Below are positions 1 to 12,837 of a stretch of 64,000 nucleotides of DNA, one piece after another (the first letter of the stretch is position 1; every line of letters starts with the position of its first letter). The notes beneath the pieces were generated by a model. It searched no databases. It saw only the letters and a program-made list of their open reading frames with translations, and was not told where the DNA came from. Origin of the DNA: Octopus sinensis. Its lineage: Eukaryota. Made by a program: the position numbers and the translations under genes. The stretch lies in the NCBI RefSeq assembly GCF_006345805.1, contig NC_042999.1, forward strand, positions 144,894,001 to 144,958,000, in the 5' to 3' direction.

Positions 1-141
1 AAAGACCATGGGTTATGGTCTCACTTGTCCTGCTGGGTCTTCTCACACACAGCATATTTCCAACGGTCTCGGTCGCTAGTCATTGCTTCGGTGAGGCTGT
101 CATTGCTTCAGTGAGGCAGTCATTGCCTCGGTGAGGCTATG

Positions 142-191
<50 letters not shown>

Positions 192-244
192 GGTAAATGG
201 ACAAACAAAAGAAAGAGGCACTCAATACAATTAGTAGGAGTTTC

Positions 245-545
245 TATGCTGGCATGGGTTGGACAGTTTGACTGAGGACTGGCAAGCCAGAAGGCTATAC
301 CAGACTCTAATATGATCTGGTAAGGTTTCTACAGTTGGATTCCCTTCCTAGTGCCAACCATTCTGAGAGTGTAGTGGGTGCTTTTTACATGCAACCAGCA
401 TGGGACCAGTCAGGTGGCACTGGCATTGACCATACTTGAATGGTGCTTTTTACCTGCCACTGGCATGGAAGCAAGTCAGGCAGCACTGGCATTGACCATG
501 CTTGAATGGTGCTTTTTATGTGCTACCGGCATGGGTGCCAGTCAG
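245..545 (-). mobile_element. RTE 3'-tail-derived repeat (non-autonomous/truncated copy)
   Basis: Reverse complement of the motif set (AAAAGCACCCACTACACTC, TTGGC..TAGGAAGGG..ATCCA, CCAACCCATGCCAGCAT) that forms the 3' UTR of the RTE at 38860-39347. Confidence 0.7.
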
Positions 546-1119
546 AAAACAGTTTTGATTCAGCTCCATATGACTTAAAGCTTCATAAACTTCTTACACA
601 AATCTATCTTGTCAGGCTCGTAATAATAATAATAATAATAATAATAATAGGCAATATGAAGAGCACAACGCAATTGCATTAGATATTTTATTGGTTGAAC
701 AATATTTTGAGTTTGCCTGTCTTTGTTGAGTTCAAAATGAAAAGTGATACACAGAAATTCAAGTTCAAAAATTGGAATGACATTCTTAGTCTTCAATTGA
801 TGACTGATGTCATTCTGTCAATGTGGGAATGCTAGTTGCTCGCATTCAACAGAGACAAGCAAGCTGTCAAAATGTTGTTCAACCAATAAAGTAGCTATTG
901 CAATCACATCACGCTCTTCATATTATCTATTTACCTTTGTGAAGAGTTACGTCAATCCTTTCAAATATAATAATAATAATACAAACATACACACATGTTG
1001 GTCTATACCTAGGCAACAGTTTGGGTATTTCACACCCTTGATAGATTTAGAAAACAACTTATTTCTACCTTCAGTCAATTATGCCTTAAAATTACAGTAG
1101 CTACTAATCTGTCTATAGT

Positions 1120-2100
1120 TGATTTTTTAGATGTTTCCCTAGACCTGAACTCCTCTTTGTATAAGCTTTGCCATAAACCTAATGAGAAACTTGCCTATAT
1201 ACATAAACAGTCTGTTCACCCTCCTGTAATATTTAGAAACCTGATAGCTAATATTATTAACAAAGTGTCTAACCTCTCTGCCTTTAAAGAAATTTTCAAG
1301 AAAGCAGCCCCCTACTAAAACAATGCCCTAGTCAATAGTAGCTTCAAAGATAAATATATAATCCCACTAATATTTATCAGAATAATAATAATAGACCTGG
1401 TGGCATCAAAGATAAAATAATACACAACCCATCTAATATTAATAAGAATAATAATAAGATACTTAAAAATAGGCCAAGGAAAATTATTTGGTTAACCCTT
1501 CCCTTTTCCCTTAATATAAAAACTACCTAGACAAATATTTTCCAGCAACGCACAGATACAGGAAAATATTTAATAGGCATTCTGTGAAATTATCATACAG
1601 TTGCTGCTCCAATATGAAGAGTATCATTGCACAAGGTCAATACCAAGAGCCTGAATCCAGATGTAACTGTGACAACCCAGGATCTTGTCCATGAGTCCAA
1701 TGATGTACGATTAACTCTGTCATATATGAGTCAGAAGTTACTCCAATGCTCAATGATAATACAACAGATAAGACCTATATTGGATTATGTGAAGAATTTA
1801 AAAATAGCTATGCCAATCACATAGCCATCTTTCGACATAAGGATAAAAGCAAAGCTACTAAGCTGGCAAGACAAGTATGGAGTTTGAAAGCTAACGAAAC
1901 ATCATGTGTAATTAAGTAGAAAATAATTGAGAAATCTACACCTTATGTTAATGGATCAAATAAATGCAGGCTATGTTTAGCTGAAAGAGCTCAGATTCTT
2001 TTCAGATCTGAGATCCCTAACTCTCTACTGAACTCTAGGTCTGAAATTTTCAGCAGTTGCAAACATATGTATAAATATATTTTGAAGAAGTGGAAAATTC
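1120..2100 (+). mobile_element. Degenerate Penelope-like element (RT thumb + GIY-YIG endonuclease)
   Basis: Broken translation: FLDVSLDL..YIHKQSVHPP, KIIW..PFS, KLSYSC..NMK, YIGLCE, then CRLCLAE..LLNSRSEIFSSCKH; contains stops and frameshifts. Confidence 0.75.
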
Positions 2101-3189
2101 CACCTATACGATTAACTTATTGATATCTTTCCAACCTCATAATTTAAGGTCTAAGGAGAATAACTCTTTTACCTTATTTTTTTTTTAACTTTCCACATTT
2201 TCTATATGCTGCCTTCTCAGCTTTTTCACATTTCTTCTCTTATTCAGTTTTTTTAGTTTGTTATGATATGTCGTTTATTGTGATGAATGTTTGAGGTATT
2301 TCTCAACATATGAAACTATTAGTATCCCTTAAAGATATGTATTGTATCCTTTAAATAAATAATATTTATCTCTCACCAGATGGAGTAGTTTTTTGTTGAT
2401 GGAACAGTACATTTTATATATACACACACACATATTTGAAATGTGTGTGTGCATGCACATTTCATATAAATAAGTTCCTTTTTCCCTAGTCTTTATGTGT
2501 TTACAGATTATAAGCAAAATAACAGCCTTGCTATTAATAAGCTAGTGTCTTATTTTTCAGTCAAGTGTGATAGTACATGTTAAGCAACAATGTCCAGGCC
2601 ATTTGTTGTTTGATAAACTAGGATATTATAATCTGACTTGGAAACAGGTGAGGATTGGCAATAAGAAAAGTATCCAGCCATTGAAAACCTGCCCCAAGAA
2701 ATTCTATCAGATCCAAGGAAATATGGAAAATGGATGTTAAAATGATGATGAAATCACTGAAGTGAATTACTTTGAGGCATATGAAATGTTGATGTAAAGT
2801 AAAATACCTTAATTCAGATCACTTTAAAACAGAATGTTTATATCACAGAACTAGAGATGGCTTCAGATGAGTTAATATCAATAAGATTAAATAAACAATT
2901 AGAAATACTTATGTGGTGCAGAAATTATTTCAACAGGTTAACTTTTCAGCCAGCTCACGTAGTGATTCTCTCACCATCACTATTTCAGCTAGTATAGTGA
3001 AATCTATACTTCACTAACGAGTTTTAGTAAAACCAAAACATATCTAGAGTTGTCTTCCATACTTAGCTAATGATTAAAATAATGTTTGTCATTGCTTTTT
3101 CCACATCACATGCATATTAGTAATTAGGTATTTAATGCTCATTACATTAAATATGCTAACAGTAAATCAGTTATAACTATATCTGCATG

Positions 3190-4560
3190 AAGAGGTCAAT
3201 GGTTCTGAAATTCTTTAAGTTGATATGTACAAGAAGGGAATTCCAAAAGATTGACATGACAAGGAGTAAGGATTAAGAAAATGTTTAGAGTTAGGTCCAG
3301 TTGGTAGAACACTGTAGGAGTAACAAGATGTAGGCTGGTTGTGTTGGATGGCATTAAGTGGATGTAAGCAGCTAGTTCAAAGCAGCAAAGGACATTAAAG
3401 TATATAGAGGGGGCAAGGGTCACTTGTGATCTAGAAGCTGTAGTGTATTTTTTTCTGTCTTGGAAAAATGAACTGTACCTTTATCTTTCCAAGGCCCACC
3501 AAAGCTGTGAAATCAACATAGTTAATAATTCTCTTAAACTGATGCAAATAAAAGCCTGAAAAAAAAACAAAGGATATGCAGGGAGTTTAACCAGATGGTT
3601 AATGTAATGTCCTACGTCAGAATGATTGGATGGTATGGTTAATGCGGGGTTTGGATATAATATAGATTAAAGGGAGGATAAATGAGTAAGTTGGGGGTGC
3701 CTAGATTCAGACAGCTCTTTGAAGCATATGACACTGTAGTAACAGTAGAAAAGGCAGAAAGGGGAGATAGCACATCTGTCAGAGGTTGAAATGTGTTGGG
3801 GAATTAAGTGAGTTTTCTTTGGTTGTTGTTTAAGATGTCTGTGTGTATAACAGCATTGACCCACATATAGGAGCAGTACTCCATTGTGAGTTTCAATTGA
3901 ACTTTACTGAGGGTTAGTTGTTGTTGGGAGATAAGCATTTTCTAAGTCTTTGTGATGCAGTCACAGATGTGTTGAATAAGTACATTTGTAGAGAGAGATC
4001 CTCACTAATGGTGATAACTTCCGTATATTAAGACTTTGAAAATTCTAGTTGCAAGTTGTTTAGGGGAAGATGATAATGTTTTCTAAATATCTGTAGTGAT
4101 TATCTTTGGGCTATTGAGGGAAATGAGATTGGCATGACCCTAGTAGAAAATGCTTTAAGATCTCTGTTCATGGAGTTAGTCAGTGTCTAGTATGTATGTT
4201 AATGACACTTAGGTACAGAATGTTAAAGAAAAATGAAGCCTAGTATAATCTACATAGGATTGGCATCATTAACAAGTAAGTTGTTGATGTACAAAAGGAA
4301 GAGTGTAGAGAACAGAACTGAGTCCCAGAGCATAACTGAGTTGATATTAGGAGGATCAGAGACAGCTCAATCAACATGTTATAATGTTGTAATTGACAGG
4401 AAGCCATCAATCATAGAATTCGAAGATAAAGGAAGCATATAAGCAAACAGTTTCACCAGGAAAGCATAGTGTCAGAATCATTTTGTATGCAGGCTGACAT
4501 GTTGGTGTATATAATTACTTGATGATGACCCTAGTGAAATGGAAAGGGCAGTTTTGGAGG
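3190..4560 (-). mobile_element. Highly decayed L2/CR1-group LINE RT fragment
   Basis: Patchy RT-like translation on the minus strand; similar decayed pieces at about 17960-18800 and 22560-23220. Confidence 0.4.
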
Positions 4561-4612
4561 AAGATTTTCAATCATGTGCATCTGGATGCAAAGCAGGCAG
4601 CAAATGTGGAAG

Positions 4613-4727
4613 TACTGCCATGACACTGCATCCTTTAAGGCCCTCATGCTTCCCGAAATCCGTCGAAACTACACCTGATTATATATACACTTTAGATGAG
4701 TTGTAGTGCACCTGAGCACTGTACACA

Positions 4728-4762
<35 letters not shown>
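4613..4762 (+). mobile_element. 3' end of CR1-type LINE with (TTA)n tail
   Basis: Near-identical to 55326-55463 (CATGACACTGCATCCTTTAAGGCCCTCATGC...GCACCTGAG..CTGTACACAA(TTA)n). Confidence 0.8.
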
Positions 4763-7700
4763 TTCTTACAGAACCATCATGGTTATGAAGGAGAATTTCA
4801 CTAAGTTGTAGGCTGTACAATGCATGAAGGCATCCTTTCTGGTTGGAATGATGGTCTTGCAGAAGTGAAACCACAAAGTAAAGATGTTCAGATAAATTTT
4901 CTCCAAGTGTCATCAGCCAAGTTCTTTTCCTTTCATAAACACAGATGGTATTTAGCCTTTATAATCAACAATATTTTTTTCAATATTTGTGTACTTGTGC
5001 CTATACTGGAAATCAGAATGTCACACCAGATAAATGTGTCCTTGCTATTGTTGTCATGTAATCTTGTACGTTCAAGGGAGCCCCTATTCTGTTATTTTTC
5101 ATCAGCATTTATTATCCACTATTGACGTGTTTGTTTTGTTTCGTTTTCTTACTGCGTTGGCAATATTTGCATCTTTCCATAAAGCACAATAGAGGTAGGG
5201 TTAAGATGCTAGACTATCAACAACAACCACTGAGTTTGTGCTACAGGGTAAAGTTCATAACTCTTCTTGCTGCAATTAGTCTGGCTACCAGACAGGTTCC
5301 TTTCCAGCTGTGAAAAAAAAAAAACCCACCCAAATAATATGCAAAATTTTAATTTCAAATACCATTTTACCTGTACTGGTATATATATATATATATATAT
5401 AATAAAAAAAGCAAAAAACATGTAAGGAAATAAACAGACATTTGAAAGTTTCAGGGCAGATTAAATTTAAGTAGATTTATTATTTGGATCTCTTCAATAC
5501 TTGCATATGTATACAATACAGAAAATACTATGAAAGATAACATAGATGATAGAATCTCTCATACATGCTAATCAATTATGCTTTTTATTTGTTTTTTTTT
5601 TCCTTTACAATAACCAGTGTTATCATGGTAATATTTATTAGTGACAGTCATTTTTAATATTGATTTCTTACACCACAGACACAAGGCCTCAGCTTTACAA
5701 AGAGGAATAATAATGAGATCATGTGATATTATGTGATATTCATTTTAACAGTCTTGGAGGCATATGTCTACATTTAGGAATTAAAACTGACTGCAGACTT
5801 AGGTTCTCTTAGAATACATTCTAATATATAGTACTCACTATTGTTTAATACTGCTTTTTAAAAATTTTTACCAGGCACAAAGGCCTTATTTTTTAGGTAG
5901 ACAATGCAATGTTAATTTGTGACATAACATTAACAAGTTTTAGAGCATTACTGTTTTCAATACATAAAGTATATTTGTTTTTTTTCTATTTTGTTTCAGC
6001 AATTATTTTTACAATTATTTTCCTCTTTTATAATTATCATAAAAAATATACTGATTGAACAATTTATACTTTTTCAAAACACCACATTATAGATAAACAA
6101 TCACATGGTAGCTAAAAACTGCAAAAAAAAAAAAAATCTCTCTCTCTCTCCCTAAAGAAAAAAAGAAAAGGGATATAAGAAAAATACTCATAAAGAAAAC
6201 ACAATGAACATAATGACAAAAGAGAGAGAGAAAATATAGTTTAGTATGTTGCTGTTGCAAAGTACTGTAAGTGATTTTTAAGGGGGAGAAAATATTTATC
6301 ACAGAAACACACCCTCTGGCAAGAGGTGCAATATCGCCTGTTATTTTGTTGCACTCATTCCTTCCATACATTTTCAAACAAACATTTGCACTTGAATTAA
6401 ACCTGAATAAATAACAACTTGCAGACATTCATTCATTTATTTATCACTGAGAATATTCAAAAGCACAAATTGAAATTGACAGATGCAAAGCATGCTTAAA
6501 ACTAAACTCGGTGTGTGTGTGTGAGTGAGTGAGTGAGAGTGTGTGTGTGTAGACATATATACACACACACATGTATGATGGTAGTCTCTCATGATCTGAA
6601 AAAGACTTCTTGCTGAACAGCCTGCACAGAAGATTCGTTTATAGTGACGAGATATTTGTGCTGTACATTAGCTCACTCCCTCCAAACTGACCTTGCCTTT
6701 ACAGGTGCACAAGTGTGCCACATGTCAGGTGTCAAAAAGTTTTGCTCAAAAATACAATGCACCACCTGATCAAGGAATTGAAACCATGATCTCGTGATTG
6801 TGAGTGCAATATCCAAACCACTAGGCCACACACTTTCATATACATACATACATATATATACACACACACATATTTACATCATAAGAATTTAGAAACTTCA
6901 AGAGACCTTTAAATAATTCTTTTTTTGAATAATGATACTTGAAGCAGACAAAGCTATAGATAATAATGTGTAATTAATGGGTTAAAAAGCCTTTAGTGTG
7001 TGTGTATACACACACAGAAAAAGGGAGAAAGAAATAGATATATTACTATTAATTTATTTGTGATCTAATGTAGATAAACAGAGTCAACCACTTGGTTTTT
7101 CTTCTATCAGTTATCTGAGTTATCTATCAACTGGTGGTCAGTTTCATTGATTTCTTTCAAGAAGAGGAGCTAAAACAGTTGATAACACCAGACCTAACAA
7201 CTGACTGGTACTTATTTTATCAATCCCACAATGATGTGAAGCAAAGTTGACCTCAGAGGAAAGAACCCTAACTATATACCAGAAGATATTTTCTTTGATC
7301 CACTAATGGTTCCACTACTCTCTCTTTCTCTCTCTATATATATATATTCAATTGAAAACTGAAACTATACTCTGTTATTACTCTCACTTATCTATTCTGT
7401 ACACATTCTTCACTGTGAGTGTCGAGAAATTTTAAACTGGATACAACAGTATATTTATTCTGTTTTCCTTACTATTTGTCATTAATCAAGTGGAGCAACT
7501 TGGCAAAAATAACTGCAATAATTAGATGTTGCCCAGAGTGATCCAGCAACAATAGGATCCTGCTAGACACTGGGATTCTATATTATCTATAATTAGAAAA
7601 GATTCCTTAATTCTCTGTGCCTCACATTTGGAAGTTTATATGAAATCATCTTGGAATGTTAACTTTGAGAAACTTGTATCTTAACCAAAGACAGGGAAAA

Positions 7701-8356
7701 ATTTTACTTCCCTTCACCATATGCAACTGGACTGGAAGCTAATCATCAGTCTCACTTGTTGCTACTGTTTTACAGAAATATTTCTTCTTGGTGCATAAGG
7801 TGGAGGTTTTTGTGGATGGACCTGTTCAGGATTGCACCTGTTTGCAATATGCAAATACATACACTCACACACACACATTACTCACACAAAACAATTTTGT
7901 TCATTTTGTTTAAAAGAAAAGATACTTGTATTTCTTCATGGTTTACAATGTAGGGTAGAATATATTAATCATAACTCATGATTCGTAGTATTTCATAATT
8001 GAAATAAATTCACAAGCTATAAAAGAAGTTGAAAATCACAAAAAGGAACTGAACAATTAAGCTAAATTCTCAGCAGTTGAAACCTATATATCAACTATTG
8101 GAACAAATAGACACTTTTGTTGCAAGTACACAGTGCAATAATGCGATCAGGTCTATGTCGAGCAATGATGTGTGAATATGAAAGAAGAAAAAAAAGATGA
8201 ATTTTTAAAATAAATAGTGAAATTGAATGAATTTCATATATTCAGAATTTTGTTTCATAAATGTTTTTGATTAAAGATCTCATTTTTTTTTTTCAATTAC
8301 CAATACTTGACAACAGTGCTCAAATAGCATATATATTCCAAAAAAAAGTCAAGAGT

Positions 8357-11300
8357 TTAAGTAGCATATGTATTCCGAAGATTTTTATAGTGTTCATGTT
8401 GATTTTCAGATACAGATGGAACTAGATTTCCTAAAGCTTCCAAAAAATCAGACTCTTCAACAGTTATTTTGGATGTATCTACATCACGACCAACTTCTAA
8501 CTTTTGAATGATTTTTTTTGTGGCATTCATCCAAGCATCTGATGCTAAGGCATAAAAATCAGCGCCAGTCAAATCTAGATCACATTTGTCCACAATAGAC
8601 TTCAGTGAGAAATTACCAAGTTTGAATTTCCTTGTAACAGCTTGAAGTATCTTTAATTGTGTCTCTTTGTTTTTTGAAGCACCCATATAAAGAACTTTGT
8701 CAAATCTGCCAGGTCGCAGCAGTGCAGGATCCAGTAAATCAACACGATTTGTTGCACCAATAACAAATACATTATTTGACTTGTGTAATCCATCAAGCTC
8801 AGCAAGTAACTGTGAAACAATACGGTCCATTACACCACCAGTATCTCCACTGCGACCCCTATTGGGGGCTAATGAGTCAAGTTCATCAAAAAAGATAACA
8901 CATGGTGCAGCATCACGAGCTTGTTGGAATACTTTGCGTACATTTTCTTCACTTTGTCCAACATATTTGTTCATAAGTTCAGGTCCTCTGACACTGAAAA
9001 AATTCAAAGAACATTCTGTTGCAACAGCTTTGGCAATCAATGTTTTTCCTGTCCCTGGTGGACCATGTAAGAGTATTCCAGAACGTCTCAGACCAGCAGC
9101 TAGAAGTTCAGGACGCAGAAGAGGCAACTGAATTGTGTCTAAAATCTCTTGTTTTACATCACTTAGACCACCAATATCTTCCCATTTAACTTTGGGAATT
9201 TTAGGTGTTCCTAGTTCATCTGCTTGTGAGGCCTGTAAACTATCAAGTGCATTTTCAAAATCACAATGTTGTATGACTACACCTGAAGTACAAAGATCAT
9301 TATGTGTCTCGTGCCATTTTTTGTCTTTAATTCCCACAAAATCAGTCACCCGTTTGTAGGCTTCTGCTTGTGCCCTTTTCACCAGATCAACTATATCCCC
9401 TAACACATAGCCTGCAGTACGCCGACTGATGTAAGTTGATGATACATCACCAGAAAAGTATACATCTTCTGTCAAATTAGTGAATATAATTGCACGTTCA
9501 GCTTCAGAAGGAACTTGCATTTTCATATGATGTAGAAATCCCTCTGGAATATTAGGTTGCAATTCTTGTATATTTTCAGTGGTCCCAATAATCAACATAG
9601 GATAATCTAAAGCATATCGCTTAGCTTGCTGCAGAATATCAACAAAAAACGTACCTATCTTCATATCAATGCTATGCTTTTCTGAGCGACCCAAAAATTC
9701 CAAATTTTTCAATACTAGAATGCATGGGGAATATTCTTTTGCTGTCCGAACAATATTTTTAATTTTCTCAATCATGGTAAATGGTGACATACTGCTGAGA
9801 TCTTGACAGCATACTTTGATGACCTGCAGACATAATGTTCTTGCCACTGCATCAATTACAGTTGTCTTGCCAACACCACTAGGACCAGATATTAATATAG
9901 TGGGAGATAGAATTTCTTGAACTTTTGCATCCAGTGTGTCATTAAGAAATGGTAAAATCAATCTTAACAAGTTTTCCACATAAGATTCCAGTCCAGCAGG
10001 TTTAGACTGACACCAGTAAGGGGGTGAGTCATTGAGGAGATAAGGTACAAAGCTATGGGCAGTATAATTTTCTTTGAGACTTGTAGTTGTATGTTTTGGA
10101 TGTACAAGATGTCTATCACCATGTTCAAGGTTTGGTTTGATGTTCTCAACCTTAAGATAGAAAATCGAACTCTTTTCAAAGGAAAGGTCTGTCTGGGAGA
10201 GGCTACTATTTTTTATTTTTATGCAGAAAATATCACCCTTTTCCATTAGACGAGGATATGTAAAATATTTTTCAAGTTCCTTAGAAGGTAAATCCTCACT
10301 ACCAGGTGTTTTAATTAGGCTGAAAATGACCTTTTTGGCAATCACTATATTCCAGAGTTTCAAATTATCTAAAAAGGAATCGTTTGTTTGCTTTCCATTA
10401 ACATTTTGTAGTTTCTTAATGACAATTGCTACACTTGTAGTAGGGAGGTGTTGTGGAGGTACTTGTATATTGAACAGCAGAATTGGAGAAATGAAAGCAA
10501 AGCGAGATTTATCATACCTCCTTCCAAGACACTTCACCATTGCCATCTTGGAGCGAACAATTGTGGTCCTTTTTGGAGAAGATTCAAAGTCATTTTCAAA
10601 TATATCATCTTTTTCTCGGAAAAGTTCGACTTTGTTCCCAATACAATACACTTCAACAATACTACTGTCAAATAGTTTGTTGGCCAACATCAGTTTTCGA
10701 GACATGCATATAATATAGTTTGGATCAAATTCTTGATCTGAATCAGTTCGTATCATCACATCTCTGAGTCTCTTATCACCAACAATTTTTGCAGGTACCA
10801 TTATATTGATATCTAAACTGTTGTCTTTAGGCTTTTTGCTCCATGGACAGAAGGTTGAGAAGAATAAACTGTCTTTAGACAAACAATCCATGCGAGACCT
10901 GCGAGGATTTGAAGAACTAGTTTCCTCGTGTATAGTAAATATTTCAGTTTTAGCTGTTAGTAGACCTTGTCTAAAAGGACAACATTCAGTGACCACAATA
11001 TGTTGAAAGTAGTTCGGTACTGAAGAATTAAGCTTTCCAGGAACCCATAATGCAAGAAACAAATCATTGGTCCGCACCAAAACACCATGTTTACATACTT
11101 GCAAAAGAAGATGACGAAAATCCAAGTTTTTTAATGCCTTATACGTATCTAAATCCTTAACAAACAAAATAACTTTCTCCAGAGGAAAGGGTATTATCCT
11201 TCTGAAAACTATATTCTGTGATGGTTCCCAACCATAGTGTTGTAAAAACTGGTTAGTGCAATATAGATGGACTTTAGAGTTGATTAGGTTTGATTTTTCA

Positions 11301-11695
11301 TCTACTTCACTACCTTCGTCCAGCTCCCGATTAGTTGGGAATGGAGGGGGAACCAGGGTTTCATCAATAAACACGACACATATTAAATTAGTGTCTTCAT
11401 CAACTTTAGGCTCAATATCTTGATCGTCAGGAAGGGTGAAATAAAGGCCCCCTACTGGTAAAGTGCTCTTCCGCACTTCTGGACGTCGGAAAGCAATGAA
11501 AAAATATTCACAATCATTTTCTAACGACAGAATTGATGATGCAGTTTTTTTATCGACATTCAAATGAAGTGGGTGTTTCGTTAAAAAGGATTCATCTACG
11601 CCCTCGACATTAGTGTTGTTTTGCTGTGGTGGTTTATCCTCCCGAGTAACAAATTCACCGAGATACGATGATTGATACATATTTTTTATAATCAT
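8357..11695 (-). CDS. PEX6: Peroxisomal AAA+ ATPase PEX6 (peroxisome assembly factor 2), intronless ORF
   Basis: 1112-aa ORF. Degenerate D1 (GPSGVGKT); D2 with PEX6 signatures LGTPKIPKVKWEDIGGL, RRSGILLHGPPGTGKT, KAVATECSLNF, FFDELDSLAPNRGRSGDTGGVMDRIVSQLLAELDG, IGATNR..LLDPALLRPGRFDK, TGADFYAL. Confidence 0.95.
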   Translation of the reverse strand: MIIKNMYQSSYLGEFVTREDKPPQQNNTNVEGVDESFLTKHPLHLNVDKKTASSILSLENDCEYFFIAFRRPEVRKSTLPVGGLYFTLPDDQDIEPKVDEDTNLICVVFIDETLVPPPFPTNRELDEGSEVDEKSNLINSKVHLYCTNQFLQHYGWEPSQNIVFRRIIPFPLEKVILFVKDLDTYKALKNLDFRHLLLQVCKHGVLVRTNDLFLALWVPGKLNSSVPNYFQHIVVTECCPFRQGLLTAKTEIFTIHEETSSSNPRRSRMDCLSKDSLFFSTFCPWSKKPKDNSLDINIMVPAKIVGDKRLRDVMIRTDSDQEFDPNYIICMSRKLMLANKLFDSSIVEVYCIGNKVELFREKDDIFENDFESSPKRTTIVRSKMAMVKCLGRRYDKSRFAFISPILLFNIQVPPQHLPTTSVAIVIKKLQNVNGKQTNDSFLDNLKLWNIVIAKKVIFSLIKTPGSEDLPSKELEKYFTYPRLMEKGDIFCIKIKNSSLSQTDLSFEKSSIFYLKVENIKPNLEHGDRHLVHPKHTTTSLKENYTAHSFVPYLLNDSPPYWCQSKPAGLESYVENLLRLILPFLNDTLDAKVQEILSPTILISGPSGVGKTTVIDAVARTLCLQVIKVCCQDLSSMSPFTMIEKIKNIVRTAKEYSPCILVLKNLEFLGRSEKHSIDMKIGTFFVDILQQAKRYALDYPMLIIGTTENIQELQPNIPEGFLHHMKMQVPSEAERAIIFTNLTEDVYFSGDVSSTYISRRTAGYVLGDIVDLVKRAQAEAYKRVTDFVGIKDKKWHETHNDLCTSGVVIQHCDFENALDSLQASQADELGTPKIPKVKWEDIGGLSDVKQEILDTIQLPLLRPELLAAGLRRSGILLHGPPGTGKTLIAKAVATECSLNFFSVRGPELMNKYVGQSEENVRKVFQQARDAAPCVIFFDELDSLAPNRGRSGDTGGVMDRIVSQLLAELDGLHKSNNVFVIGATNRVDLLDPALLRPGRFDKVLYMGASKNKETQLKILQAVTRKFKLGNFSLKSIVDKCDLDLTGADFYALASDAWMNATKKIIQKLEVGRDVDTSKITVEESDFLEALGNLVPSVSENQHEHYKNLRNTYAT

Positions 11696-12242
11696 ATCCT
11701 TGATTAATTAAAAATGTAAATATGCAAAACAAAAGAAACATTTAAATTTCGCATTCTCTCACCTTCAGATCCATTTCTGGTAAGGACTTGTCATAAGCAA
11801 AATTATTTTCGATTTGTAAAAAGATGACGCAAAAAAAGCTAGAGTTACCTCCTCTTAGTTAAGTTGTTTTGTCGCTAGAGTGCATCATAGTTTGCAATGT
11901 TTTTGTAATCTTTTAATTACTTTTCCGAATTACTATTTTGCTAATGTTAGGAAATTAAATTCGTATTTTTTTATTCTACACCCAAAATTACATCTAAAAT
12001 CTCTGTTCTTTGAAAAACAAAATTTTAACTGGTGAATTCGATTGTATTTTCAGTCTGCAAACTAACTGCGAGATAAACTTAAAAGTTTACTTCTAATCTC
12101 TTTCATTGGACATGCATATTAATCGTAATAGTTATTATTGATGACGATCTTTTATTAATTTTTTTTTCACGTGTGTTTTATTTAAGAAAGAAACCGTGTA
12201 GATAATGCTTTATTTTTAACGTAAATTGATATTAGGGTACTC

Positions 12243-12463
12243 GTGGGATACAAGGGTCCCGAAATATTGATTTAACGATACAATAAAATAAACATATTTA
12301 GTCTATTGCTTTATAATTATTTCTAACATATATCACTATAAAATGAACAAAGATAATAAATTTTGTAAAAAAAAAACTAGATTAAAAACAATTAAGAATT
12401 CACATAGAATATTGTCGGACAGTTGTATCGTGAAGTCAATATTTCGGGACCCTTGTATACCAC
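12243..12463. mobile_element. MITE (about 40-bp terminal inverted repeats)
   Basis: GTGGGATACAAGGGTCCCGAAATATTGA ... TCAATATTTCGGGACCCTTGTATACCAC. Confidence 0.7.
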
Positions 12464-12517
12464 TACATTAGTATAAAGAATAGAAAGTCCTTAGTACAGT
12501 ATTCTCTATTTGAAAAA

Positions 12518-12826
12518 ATGAATAGAAATGGATTTTCTGATAATTTTTCCACTTCAATAATTAGAGGTTTACAAAATGTGACCCTGATCGGAGTCTCACT
12601 TAAAAGTGGTTTTCAAACTGATATTTTTGAGTAAGTTATTCACTGTTTAAATAGGGAGCGTTTAATTACAAACATACAGACAGAAACACCGACACACACA
12701 GATACATATACCCATACTTAAACACATATACAGAGAAATGCACACACATACACACGCAAAATACATAGGACCTTACACATGCATGGCTTTTTTGGAAAAA
12801 TTATCAGAAAAGCCATTTCTACTCAT
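12518..12826. mobile_element. MITE-like element (about 34-bp inverted repeats)
   Basis: ATGAATAGAAATGGATTTTCTGATAATTTTTCCA ... TGGAAAAATTATCAGAAAAGCCATTTCTACTCAT. Confidence 0.6.
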
Positions 12827-12837
12827 ATATATGTATA

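Noticed and set aside
8697-11006. Plus-strand ORFs inside PEX6
   Set aside because: Antisense shadows of the PEX6 coding frame.
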